A stretch of 64,000 bases of DNA from an uncultured delta proteobacterium (GTDB taxonomy: Bacteria; Desulfobacterota; Binatia; HRBIN30; BPIQ01). The notes beneath the pieces were generated by a model. That model had not been told where the DNA came from. It did no database searches and was given only the letters and a program-made list of their open reading frames with translations. The stretch lies in NCBI GenBank assembly GCA_963761335.1, contig CAVXGR010000018.1:576001-640000 (forward strand), in the 5' to 3' direction. The first letter of the stretch is position 1; each line of letters opens with the position of its first letter. Positions 10,056 to 18,653 of this stretch are shown piece after piece. Both the position numbers and the translations under genes were made by a program.

Positions 10056-10540
10056 CACTCCGTTTCCGGATCCTTCTTCGGCCCGGGCTCCTCGGTGGCG
10101 CCGCCGTGCTTCTCCTCCCATGGGACCATGATCTCCAGCGGGTCCTCGAGCAGCTCTTCGGCCTCCAGCTCGGCCAGCAGGTCGTCGACGGAGGGTGCCG
10201 AGGCGGCGGCGCGAAGCGCAGCCGCCGTGTAGTAGTCGCGAATATGCGTGGTCGCCTGGGAGAGGCGCAGGCGGGTGGCCTGCGACAGAAGCTCGTTGGC
10301 GAACTCACCGGCGAGGGCGTCCAGCTCCGCGGGTGTTGCAGGGGTCCGCGAGGTCAGCCTCGCGGTCACCACTTGCGGCTTCGGCCTCGACAGATAGACG
10401 AAGCACTTCTCGACGAACAGGTAGCAGGCGCCGTAGATGGCGTCGAGAGGATAGATGCTCTCGTCGACCTCGAAGGAGATCTGGTCAGGTCCCAGAGAGA
10501 AGCCGAGGCGAGACTGCTGCTCGGCGTCGGTCGCGGACAC
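10055..10540 (-). CDS. hxsD: His-Xaa-Ser system protein HxsD
   Basis: VDESIYPLDAIYGACYLF...GEFANELLSQATR...EDPLEIMVPWEEK, the HxsD pattern; sits next to an hxsB-like gene. Confidence 0.85.
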   Translation of the reverse strand: MSATDAEQQSRLGFSLGPDQISFEVDESIYPLDAIYGACYLFVEKCFVYLSRPKPQVVTARLTSRTPATPAELDALAGEFANELLSQATRLRLSQATTHIRDYYTAAALRAAASAPSVDDLLAELEAEELLEDPLEIMVPWEEKHGGATEEPGPKKDPETE

Positions 10541-10544
10541 TGCG

Positions 10545-11201
10545 CTACCTCAACCTCCGATCCACGGGACCCGAGAACAGGCGCAGGCGCTCCGACTGCG
10601 GCATCAGCGCCGCCATAAGAGGCCTGTTCTTCCACTTGGTTTCGTTGCGGGCGAGCACGTGGGCCAAGCGCGCAACCGCTTGGGCCAATCCTTCTTCCGT
10701 GGGCAGGTCTCCTCGTCCGCCATTCATGACCACGAGATCGAGACCCTTCGTGTGGACCAAGCCCTGCGGACGCCCATCGTTGCGGCAGAGATGGACGCGG
10801 TGTTCTCGACCCCGCGGATTCACCAGGGTCAGCACGCAGGTGCCGTCAACGACTCCGGTCAGGCCTGCGACGCGCCACCCATATGCCACCAATGATCCCT
10901 TGGCGAGTGGCCGAAGCAGCTCCCAGGGAGGCGGCGCGCCGAGGGTGCTCGCCGGCCCGGCGTCGACGACAGCGGGCTGCGGATCTACGGCCTTTCGAGG
11001 GTCGCCGACTGGCTCTGGAGCTGGAACGATCGCCTCCGTGGCGGCGGTCGCCGCTTGGATGGATCCCTCTTGATCCAGGGCAGAGCCGGTGACTGGCTCG
11101 GCGCGGCGTGCTGAGGCAAAGCTGGTCCGTGCCAGCCCCGCGGCCCACATCATGGCCGTACCGGCTGCGAGCCTTCCGACCAAATCACGTCGCGACAGCA
11201 T
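10545..11201 (-). CDS. Tat-exported 'GW'-domain protein (copy 2)
   Basis: GGAGG RBS upstream of ATG 11201; MLSRRDLVGRLAAG twin-arginine signal; close paralogue of 13956..14543. Confidence 0.8.
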   Translation of the reverse strand: MLSRRDLVGRLAAGTAMMWAAGLARTSFASARRAEPVTGSALDQEGSIQAATAATEAIVPAPEPVGDPRKAVDPQPAVVDAGPASTLGAPPPWELLRPLAKGSLVAYGWRVAGLTGVVDGTCVLTLVNPRGREHRVHLCRNDGRPQGLVHTKGLDLVVMNGGRGDLPTEEGLAQAVARLAHVLARNETKWKNRPLMAALMPQSERLRLFSGPVDRRLR

Positions 11202-11270
11202 GCCGCACCTCCTTCCGTTCATCCAATATTTCTCCTGCTACCACAGGCATTTTACGTTCGCAACGCGACA

Positions 11271-13325
11271 TCAGTCGTTCTTGTCGAGGAACCTGTCGCC
11301 CTCGTTCTTCGTCGCCGGGGCCGTGTAGTCGGCAGTCCAGCACTCACCGTTGCTGTTGACGAGCTGAACCGTCATCATCGGATCCTGGTTGAGCGGGATC
11401 AGCGGCTCGAGGCTGGCGAAGTCGAGGTTCAGACCCTTCGCCAGGACGACGAGCTTGGCGCTGGCGCTCCCCGCCTTCAGGCGGATGGTCTTGATGCCGC
11501 GCTGGGTCGAGTCCCTGTCCTTGTAGCGGAAGCCACTGACTCCGGTCGCCTTCCAGCACGGATGAGAGCCGCAGGTGCTGCTGCCCGGAATACCGGCGGT
11601 CAGCAAGCGGATCGGCGTGCCCGACGAGTAGTCGTATACGCAGAAGGAGTAGAAGGTCGAGGTGTTGACCGGGTCGCCGAAGTCGGGCGGCGAGGTGACG
11701 TCCCCGTACGATCGCACCGCCGACCAGGTCCACTTCAGCAGGTCCCTCTTGTCCGGGGACTTGTCGCGGATCAGCAGCAGCGACTTCTTCGGCTGTATCG
11801 TGATGTGGCACAGGTTCGCCGGCAGCGGCGTCAGGGCGCAGGGGTTGGGTGTCGGGGTCGCCGTGGGCGTCGGACTCGGAGTGGCGGTCGGGGTATCCGT
11901 CGGGGTCACGGTCGGCGTATTGGTCGGCGTGCTGGTCGGCGTATCCGTCGGCGTCACGGTCGGCGTATCCGTCGGCGTGCTGGTCGGCGTGTTGGTCGGC
12001 GTGCTGGTCGGCGTATCCGTCGGCGTGCTGGTCGGCGTTTCCGTCGGCGTGCTGGTCGGCGTATTCGTCGGCGTATTCGTCGGGGTGTTGGTCGGGGTGT
12101 TGGTCGGCGTGCTCGTCGGCGTGCTCGTCGGCGTATCCGTCGGCGTGCTCGTCGGCGTGTTGGTCGGCGTGCTCGTCGGCGTGCTCGTCGGCGTGCTCGT
12201 CGGCGTGCTCGTGGACGTCGGCGTATTGGTCGGGGTGCTCGTCGGTGTCCGCGTCGGCGTTTCCGTCGGCGTATCGGTCGGCGTGCTCGTCGGCGTCACC
12301 GTCGGCGTATTGGTGCTGGTCGGTGTCCTCGTCGGGGTGCTCGTGGACGTCGGCGTGTTGGTCGGCGTGCTCGTCGGCGTGCTCGTCGGCGTACTCGTCG
12401 GCGTGTTGGTTGGCGTGCGGGTCGGTGTCTGCGTCGGCGTGTTGGTCACCGTCGGCGTGCGTGTCGGGGTGCTGGTCGGCGTCTGCGTCGGCGTGCAGGC
12501 CGGGTTGAAATCGGCCGGGCACGAGGCGCTCGAGCCCGTGCAGGTCTCGGCGACGTCACAGGCGCCGGCGTCGGGCCGGCAGACCTGACCGCTGCCGCGG
12601 AAGGTGCAGCTGCTGGTGCAGCAAGAGGTCGAGCTGCCGTTCGAGCCGCCGAGGTCGCACTGCTCGGCGCTGTTGTTCGTGTCGGTCACGCCGTCGCCGC
12701 AGTCCGAGTAGTAGAAGGCGACGTCGACGCTGCTGTAGTCGGAGGCGCCTGACGACGGTGTGTGTGTGTTGTTGTAGTTGGTCAGGGCGTAGTCGAGAGA
12801 GAAGGTCGGGGCGCTGGCTTTGACATCGACCCGGAACGTGAAGGAGGTGCCGCTGGTGAGCTGGAAGAGGTAGCGGATGTCGCCATAGGTGCCGCTGTCG
12901 GCGGGGCTGCCGCCGGCGGCGATCGTCGATGCGGAGCCGGAGACTCGGGTGATGACCAGCTGGTTGCTCACCGTTTGCGACCCGTTGATCTGGTCGGCGA
13001 CGCTGGTCGAGCTGGTGTAGGTGATCGACGTGGAGTTGCTGGTCGAGTACTTGAAGATGGCGCTCCCCGAGGGGGCGGAGCCCGTCATGGTGTTGCCGTT
13101 CACATTCGAGGCCGCCCGGATGCCGAAGTACACGTTGGAGTGCGAGCCGAGGCTCACTCCGGAGCAGGTGACCGTGGCGCCGCCGCTGGAGCTGGGCACG
13201 CCGCTGACGCTGCAGGAGCCGCCCCCTGGGAGGCTGTACGTCGGGCCGCCGGTGATCACCAGCGCCGAGGCGCTGCTGGCGACGCCGAATAGAATGAGCG
13301 CCGCAAGGATTGCACCACGCTGCAT
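11271..13325 (-). CDS. Secreted protein: Ser/Thr-rich beta domain, myxobacterial Cys-rich/disintegrin-like module, long Pro/Thr linker, conserved C-terminal domain
   Basis: GGAGG RBS, ATG 13325, signal peptide (…SSASA), CGDGVTD..EQCD...CCTSSC...[13 protein letters not shown] and about 215 aa of TP-rich repeats. Confidence 0.85.
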   Translation of the reverse strand: MQRGAILAALILFGVASSASALVITGGPTYSLPGGGSCSVSGVPSSSGGATVTCSGVSLGSHSNVYFGIRAASNVNGNTMTGSAPSGSAIFKYSTSNSTSITYTSSTSVADQINGSQTVSNQLVITRVSGSASTIAAGGSPADSGTYGDIRYLFQLTSGTSFTFRVDVKASAPTFSLDYALTNYNNTHTPSSGASDYSSVDVAFYYSDCGDGVTDTNNSAEQCDLGGSNGSSTSCCTSSCTFRGSGQVCRPDAGACDVAETCTGSSASCPADFNPACTPTQTPTSTPTRTPTVTNTPTQTPTRTPTNTPTSTPTSTPTSTPTNTPTSTSTPTRTPTSTNTPTVTPTSTPTDTPTETPTRTPTSTPTNTPTSTSTPTSTPTSTPTSTPTNTPTSTPTDTPTSTPTSTPTNTPTNTPTNTPTNTPTSTPTETPTSTPTDTPTSTPTNTPTSTPTDTPTVTPTDTPTSTPTNTPTVTPTDTPTATPSPTPTATPTPNPCALTPLPANLCHITIQPKKSLLLIRDKSPDKRDLLKWTWSAVRSYGDVTSPPDFGDPVNTSTFYSFCVYDYSSGTPIRLLTAGIPGSSTCGSHPCWKATGVSGFRYKDRDSTQRGIKTIRLKAGSASAKLVVLAKGLNLDFASLEPLIPLNQDPMMTVQLVNSNGECWTADYTAPATKNEGDRFLDKND
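11847..12494 (-). repeat. Intragenic degenerate 12-bp tandem repeat encoding (T-P-T-S/N/D)n
   Basis: Repeated gtcggcgtgctc / gtcggcgtattg / gtcggcgtatcc units on the + strand. Confidence 0.9.
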
Positions 13326-13468
13326 CGTCCACCTCCGCCGTGGGTTGTGAAGCGAGCTCGAAGAGATGCGCACCGCAACGGAATCCGCGGCTGATCTTCC
13401 CCCGTTTGGCCGAAATAACGTCATCAAGGCGCCTCCGCTAGCGCTGCGGTGCTGTTTGCACCAGGGTG

Positions 13469-13858
13469 TCACCACGATCCGTGCGAGCCGTGACTGCCAT
13501 GAGACCCGTGACTCCCGTGGGACCCGTGGCTGCCGTGCGAGCCGTGGCTTCCATGTGAACCGTGGCTTCCATGCGAGCCGTGGCTGCCGTGCGAGCCGTG
13601 GCTGCCGTGTGAGCCATGGCTGCCGTGCGAGCCGTGGCTGCCGTGCGAGCCGTGGCTGCCGTGCGAGCCGTGCGAGGCGTGCGACATGTGCTGCGCCAGC
13701 ATCATGCTTTCATTGCTGGGGTCGGTCCGCAGGGCCTGAGCCGCTGCCGCAGGATCGACGGCACCGACCGGTTTCACCGCCTGGCGGGCCTCGTCGCGGC
13801 TGAGAAAATCCAATGGCGTCTTCCGCAATGAGGGAAGCGCGTTCTTCTTCTGGCTCAT
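13469..13858 (-). CDS. hxsA: His-Xaa-Ser repeat RiPP precursor (HxsA-type): 56-aa leader + HMS-HAS-(HGS)22-W
   Basis: 129-aa ORF with a GAAGGAGG RBS upstream. 24 tandem HxS triplets with synonymous codon variation; located among hxsB/hxsD homologues. Confidence 0.92.
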   Translation of the reverse strand: MSQKKNALPSLRKTPLDFLSRDEARQAVKPVGAVDPAAAAQALRTDPSNESMMLAQHMSHASHGSHGSHGSHGSHGSHGSHGSHGSHGSHGSHGSHGSHGSHGSHGSHGSHGSHGSHGSHGSHGSHGSW

Positions 13859-13955
13859 TGTCCCTCCTTCACCGTGGGCGCATCATCGACGCGATACGCC
13901 CCCCTATCTCGATTCGTAGCCACAACCGACCCCGGCCATTGCGCCGTGGAGACCC

Positions 13956-14543
13956 TCATCGCAACCTCGCCCCACTGGCAGCGGCAAATCGCTCGAGGCG
14001 CTCCGCGTGGGACAACAGCGCCGAGGCGAGCTGCCGCTGTCGGTTCGCCTCGTTGGCCGCGAGCACGCGCCCCACAGCGGCCACCGCCTGGGCCAATCCC
14101 TCTTCCGTGGGTAGATCTCCTCTGCCGCCGTTCATCACCACCAGATCGAATCGTCGGGTATGCACGAGACCTTGGGGCCGACCGTCGTTGCGGCAGATGT
14201 GCACGCGGTGCGAGCGCCCGCGCCGGTTCTCCAGCGCCAGCACGCAGGAGCCGTCTTCCTCTCCGCTCAAGCCAGCCACCCGCCAGCCATGGGCCACTGC
14301 GGACCCGATTCCCAGCGGCTGCAACAGATCCAAGGGTGGGCTGCTCGGCGGCGCGGGCTCGGCCGCGGACATGGCGGCCTCCGCTGCCGGAGCTGTGGCC
14401 GACTGCTCTTCACCGCTCTGCGCCAATGCGGAAACACCAATATCGTCGCGAGCGGATTTCGCCTCCGCCCGCCCGATGTTGGCAGACCACGCCACGGCAG
14501 CACCGGCCGCCAGCTTTCCGACGAACGCCCGTCGGGACAGCAT
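13956..14543 (-). CDS. Tat-exported 'GW'-domain protein (copy 1)
   Basis: ATG 14543, MLSRRAFVGKLAAG twin-arginine signal; shares CRNDGRPQGLVHT...DLVVMNGGRGDLPTEEGLAQAV with 10545..11201. Confidence 0.8.
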   Translation of the reverse strand: MLSRRAFVGKLAAGAAVAWSANIGRAEAKSARDDIGVSALAQSGEEQSATAPAAEAAMSAAEPAPPSSPPLDLLQPLGIGSAVAHGWRVAGLSGEEDGSCVLALENRRGRSHRVHICRNDGRPQGLVHTRRFDLVVMNGGRGDLPTEEGLAQAVAAVGRVLAANEANRQRQLASALLSHAERLERFAAASGARLR

Positions 14544-14915
14544 GCAGTTTTCCCCCCCTACAACTAGACAGGAACTAAAGGTTCGTAACGGGCGTATCAC
14601 AAGGCCGACGGACGAGTAAAGAAAAATTTTCGCGCGACCCCGGGAATTCTGTCGTCCGTCGAGAATGCGCCTCGGCGTGGCGCACCGCTGTCCGCCGGCC
14701 CTTTGCGTTCGAAAAAAATCTGGCGTCTCTTCAGGTGTCGTGATACGCGTTTCCTCTGACACGAGACGAATCTCTTACGTCTGTTGACAAGTGCGCGATA
14801 GAAAGGGATTCAGCAGGGGGGGCAAGAATCGCGCGAAGGACGGCGTACGGCTCTCGGCCGGCGACCGCGAACGAAGCAGCAGGACTGATCCCATTCGTGC
14901 AGAGAATCTTCTTTG

Positions 14916-16769
14916 ATGCACACTGATCCCTCGATCGACGCGGTTGGTGGTCTGACCCAGTTGAGCGGCGAGGCCGCTCGACGTCTGCTCTCACCCAGCC
15001 GCGGGGCGGAGGTGGATCTGCGCCTCTCGTTGGTGCGCCAGCGCGCCATTCTGCCCTGGCGGTTTGTGCCGCCCGATGCTCGCGACGATCTGCGGTCGAG
15101 CGAGGTGATCGACGCTGCCCGGGCGGCCGGTGCACATGCGGGAGCCTTTCTCATTGGCGGCGGGGATCCCCTGCGGCGTCCCGATCTGTGGGATCTGCTG
15201 GCGGAGTTGGTGCGCCTCAGGCCGAATGATCTCGGACTCTGCATTTCCGGTCGCGGGCTGACGGCGCCGGTGATCGAGCGCCTGCGCGCCGCCGGCGTGC
15301 GGCGGCTGCACGTCCCCTTTCACTGCGCTCGGCAAGATGCCCACGATTGGTTGGTCGGCCAGCCGGGCGCCTTGAAGATGGCTCATCGCGCCATCCGCGC
15401 CGCTGCCGAAGCGGAGCTGCCGGTGGTCGCCGAGATCGTCCTGACGCGACCGACGGTGTTGCATCTGGCCGAGACGGTCGAGGTGCTGTCCCGCATCGGC
15501 GCCGGCGCCGTCTGTGTCCGGCGGCTGGCGGCGGAGGACACCGACGGCACCGCCTTCGTGCCGCTCTCTCCGCGCCTGTCCTTGGTGGGCGAGAGCCTCG
15601 AGCAGGCGGCGGCGGTGGCCCTGCGGCGCCGCCTACGGCTGCGTCTGCGCGACCTGCCCCTGTGTGTCGCGCCGCGGCTCCGGCGACTGTTCGCCGCCGC
15701 CGAGAGCGAGGCATGGGTGATGGCCGACGGCACCCTGAGCCGGCGCGCCGCGGCGGCACTGGGGTGCCCCGACTGCCCCGGACCTCCGCGCTGCGCCGGC
15801 GCGCCGAGCGACTACACGGCGCGCTTCGGCTGGGAGGAGTTCGCCGACGTGAGCGTCGCCGCGGCGCGGCTCAGAGAGAACGTCGAGGAGCAGCGGGCGC
15901 CGCATCTGTCGGCACCGATGGTCTTCGCCTGGCGCGGTCCACATCGAGTGCGCTGCGACGCCTGCGGCGACGGGGCGGAGGCGCAGTCCGGATACGAATC
16001 GACGCGAGCGGTGCGCGCCAGGCTGGTGCAGGCGGCGCGCTATCGGCCGTCGCTGCTGCGCTTGGTGGGGGCGGATCTTCTCGCCCACCCGCAGGCGGCG
16101 GCGCTGATCTTCGATGCGGTGCGGCTGTTCCCGCGCGTCGAGGTCGTCGGGGAGGCCAGCGCCGTGGTCGAATGGTCCGATCTCGACCTGCGCCGCTTGA
16201 AGGACCTGAAGCGCGTCGACGTCCCATTGTATGGGCCCGATGCGGCGACCCACGACTCCCACTGCGGTATTCCCGGAGCCTTCGCTGCGATGCTGCGCGG
16301 CGTCCAGCGTCTGGGCGCCCAGGAGATCCGGGTTGGCGCCTACGCCGTCCTTCATGACGCGCATCTGCTCGAGCGGTTCGCCGCAGCTTGGGACGCCGGT
16401 AGCTTGCCGGGCGAGCCCCGCTTTCGCCTCTCGGCCCGCGGCGCGTCTCTCGATGAGCTGGCGGAGGCGGCGCGCCGTTTGCCGAGCGGCCCGGCGCGCG
16501 CCGCGGTGGCGGCGCTCTTGCCCCGCTGCCTGTGGGACGATTCCGCCGCCGGCAGCGGCGGTCAGGTCCTGTTGGTTCAACGGCCGGAGCCGCAGCGGGT
16601 CGTCCACTGTGGCAGGAGCACTTCCTATCATTCATGCGGATCGGATCCGATCGGGGATTTTGAGACATGCCGTGAGGGCGCCGGTGCGTGCGCCGGCTCG
16701 GGATGTGTCGGAACCGCTGTCGGGTGGCGGACTGCGGCGAGGTCAGAGCGATGGAACGTGAGGATCTGA
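14916..16769 (+). CDS. Tandem double radical SAM-like protein, both domains lacking CxxxCxxC
   Basis: Domain 1 has GGGDPLRRPDL, VPFH..RQDAHD.LVGQPGA and DLPLC. Domain 2 has VGADLLAHP and VPLYGPDAATHDSHCGIPGAF. Only CDAC remains at the motif position of domain 2. Confidence 0.75.
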   Translation: MHTDPSIDAVGGLTQLSGEAARRLLSPSRGAEVDLRLSLVRQRAILPWRFVPPDARDDLRSSEVIDAARAAGAHAGAFLIGGGDPLRRPDLWDLLAELVRLRPNDLGLCISGRGLTAPVIERLRAAGVRRLHVPFHCARQDAHDWLVGQPGALKMAHRAIRAAAEAELPVVAEIVLTRPTVLHLAETVEVLSRIGAGAVCVRRLAAEDTDGTAFVPLSPRLSLVGESLEQAAAVALRRRLRLRLRDLPLCVAPRLRRLFAAAESEAWVMADGTLSRRAAAALGCPDCPGPPRCAGAPSDYTARFGWEEFADVSVAAARLRENVEEQRAPHLSAPMVFAWRGPHRVRCDACGDGAEAQSGYESTRAVRARLVQAARYRPSLLRLVGADLLAHPQAAALIFDAVRLFPRVEVVGEASAVVEWSDLDLRRLKDLKRVDVPLYGPDAATHDSHCGIPGAFAAMLRGVQRLGAQEIRVGAYAVLHDAHLLERFAAAWDAGSLPGEPRFRLSARGASLDELAEAARRLPSGPARAAVAALLPRCLWDDSAAGSGGQVLLVQRPEPQRVVHCGRSTSYHSCGSDPIGDFETCREGAGACAGSGCVGTAVGWRTAARSERWNVRI

Positions 16770-18631
16770 AGACGAGAATGCTGGCGCGCGAGCGCGTCGC
16801 CAATGTCCGCAAGCACTGGGTGCGCCTGGTGACCGCTTGTAACAGCCGCTGTATCTTCTGTCTGGACACCGACACGCCGCGCAACGTGTACATCCCCGAG
16901 GACGAGGTGCGGCGCGAGATTCTGCGCGGGCGGGAGCAGCTCAAGGCCGACAAGGTGATCCTCTCCGGGGGAGAGGGCTCGATCCATCCGAAGTTCGTCG
17001 ACTTCGTCGCCTACGCCAAGGAGGTCGGCTACAACCGCGTGCAGACGGTCACCAACGGCGTGATGTTCGCCCGCCGCGACTTCTATGCCGCGGCGGTGGG
17101 CGCCGGGCTCGGCGAGATCACCTTCAGCCTGCACGGGCACACGGCCGAGCTGCACGACCGTCTCACGGGGACGCCGGGCGCCTTCCGCAAGCTCATCAAA
17201 GGAATGGTGCGCGCCGTGCGCGAGGGGCGGATCATCGTCAACGTCGACGTCTGCATCAACAAGCAGAACGTCGCTTACATCGACCAGATCGTCGATCTCT
17301 GCCTCTCGGTGGGGGTGCACGAGTTCGACCTGCTGCACGTCATTCCCCAGGGGGTGGCCTTCGAGAACCGCAACGACCTCTTCTACGATCCGGTCGAGTA
17401 CCTGCCGCGCCTGCAGAAGGTGTTTCGTCTGAACCGCCACCCGAATGTGGTGGTGTGGACGAACCGCTTTCCGGTGGAGTTCCTCGAGGGGCTGGAGGAT
17501 CTCATTCAGGATCCGCACAAGATGCTCGACGAGGTCAACGGCCGCCGCTTCCAGGTCCGCCGCTACCTGGACGAAGGAGTGCCCCTGGAGTGCCGAGAGA
17601 AAGAGCGCTGCCAGTACTGCTTCATCGAGCCCTTCTGCAACACCGCCGATCGAGTCATCGAGCGGCAGAACCGCGCCAGCTGGGAGGTGTGGTGGATCGG
17701 CGAGCCCGGAGAGGCGCAGCGGGCGGAGATCGCCGCGCTGACCCCCGAGCAGCTGCCCTTCGGATGCGGCTACGTCGGCGTCGAGGTCGACGATCTGGCC
17801 GATCTCGAGGGGCTGGCGGTGTCCCCCGAGATCGGCATCTACGCCAAGGCGAGGCAGGTTTCGCGCCTCGTCGACCGCAAGGCGGTGTCCAATCCTCTCC
17901 TCGTCTGCGTTGCCGAAGCGGAGGCACTCGAGGTTCTGCTGTCGGCCGGCGAGATTCCGCCGGGCGTCGAGATCGAGATCGAGCTCAACCGGCAGACGGC
18001 GCCCTGGCTTCTGGCGCACCGCGAGCGCCTCGCCGGGGTTCTCTCCCGCCTGCGGCTCCATCAGCCGAGCCACGAGTTCCTGAAAGACGCCGTCGACAAC
18101 GACGTGCGCAATCCCGCCGCGTTCTTCGCCCAGCTCGCCCTGCCGGTGCGGGTCAGCGGACTCCCCGCCTGTCTGGCGCCGGGAGCGCAGCTGAGCGAGG
18201 CGCCCAAGATTCTGCACAGGACACTCTTCGACGCCGAGACCGGGCGCGTGGCGATCCGCGAGCTGGCGCGCGAGCACGTGGTGCGCGGTTACTGGGGCAA
18301 GTCGGTTCGCTGCCGAGACTGCGTGGTGAACGACCGCTGCGACGGTGCCCACATCAACTTCCTCCGCGATCAGGGATTCGCGCAGCTGGATCCTCTGCGT
18401 CAGGGCGAATGGGCCGAGGCGGCGGCGGCGCAGATGCTGCGCCTGCGACCCGAGCCGCCGGCGCGGCTGCGCGACGGACGGCCGAGCCTTCCGGTGGCGC
18501 CGAGCCTGCCCGGGTTCGCCCCGCCACGGCCGGCTCCCGTCGAGCCGCTGATCGAGCTCGGGCAGCGCGTGCGCGAGGAGCGCGAGCGGCGCCGCCTGCG
18601 CGCCCACCCGGAGGCTCCGCCGCCGGCATAA
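16751..18631 (+). CDS. Radical SAM protein (HxsC-like) with long C-terminal extension and Cys-rich tail
   Basis: CNSRCIFC, SGGEG, TVTNG and FSLHGH..ELHD.LT..PGAF; internal CxxxxxCxxC and terminal CRDCxxxxxC. Confidence 0.9.
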   Translation: MEREDLKTRMLARERVANVRKHWVRLVTACNSRCIFCLDTDTPRNVYIPEDEVRREILRGREQLKADKVILSGGEGSIHPKFVDFVAYAKEVGYNRVQTVTNGVMFARRDFYAAAVGAGLGEITFSLHGHTAELHDRLTGTPGAFRKLIKGMVRAVREGRIIVNVDVCINKQNVAYIDQIVDLCLSVGVHEFDLLHVIPQGVAFENRNDLFYDPVEYLPRLQKVFRLNRHPNVVVWTNRFPVEFLEGLEDLIQDPHKMLDEVNGRRFQVRRYLDEGVPLECREKERCQYCFIEPFCNTADRVIERQNRASWEVWWIGEPGEAQRAEIAALTPEQLPFGCGYVGVEVDDLADLEGLAVSPEIGIYAKARQVSRLVDRKAVSNPLLVCVAEAEALEVLLSAGEIPPGVEIEIELNRQTAPWLLAHRERLAGVLSRLRLHQPSHEFLKDAVDNDVRNPAAFFAQLALPVRVSGLPACLAPGAQLSEAPKILHRTLFDAETGRVAIRELAREHVVRGYWGKSVRCRDCVVNDRCDGAHINFLRDQGFAQLDPLRQGEWAEAAAAQMLRLRPEPPARLRDGRPSLPVAPSLPGFAPPRPAPVEPLIELGQRVREERERRRLRAHPEAPPPA

Positions 18632-18653
18632 CGGGATGTGAAGACGCGATCCG

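Noticed and set aside
11344..12752. His/Asp-rich ORF (HADE/HADQ repeats, 11344..12522) and Val/Gly-, Arg- or Ser/Cys-rich ORFs over the same DNA
   Set aside because: These are alternative frames of the 12-bp Pro/Thr repeat in 11271..13325, which has an RBS, a signal peptide and coherent flanking domains. Not a second His-rich precursor.
13366..13831. Plus-strand ORFs with RASRGC or AVRAVA repeats
   Set aside because: Antisense shadows of the HGS repeat; the synonymous variation preserves only the HxS frame.
14784..14812. TTGACA as a sigma70 -35 box in the AT-richer divergent region of the Hxs cluster
   Set aside because: No convincing -10 hexamer at 16-18 bp spacing. Promoters probably lie in 14544-14915 but cannot be located by eye.
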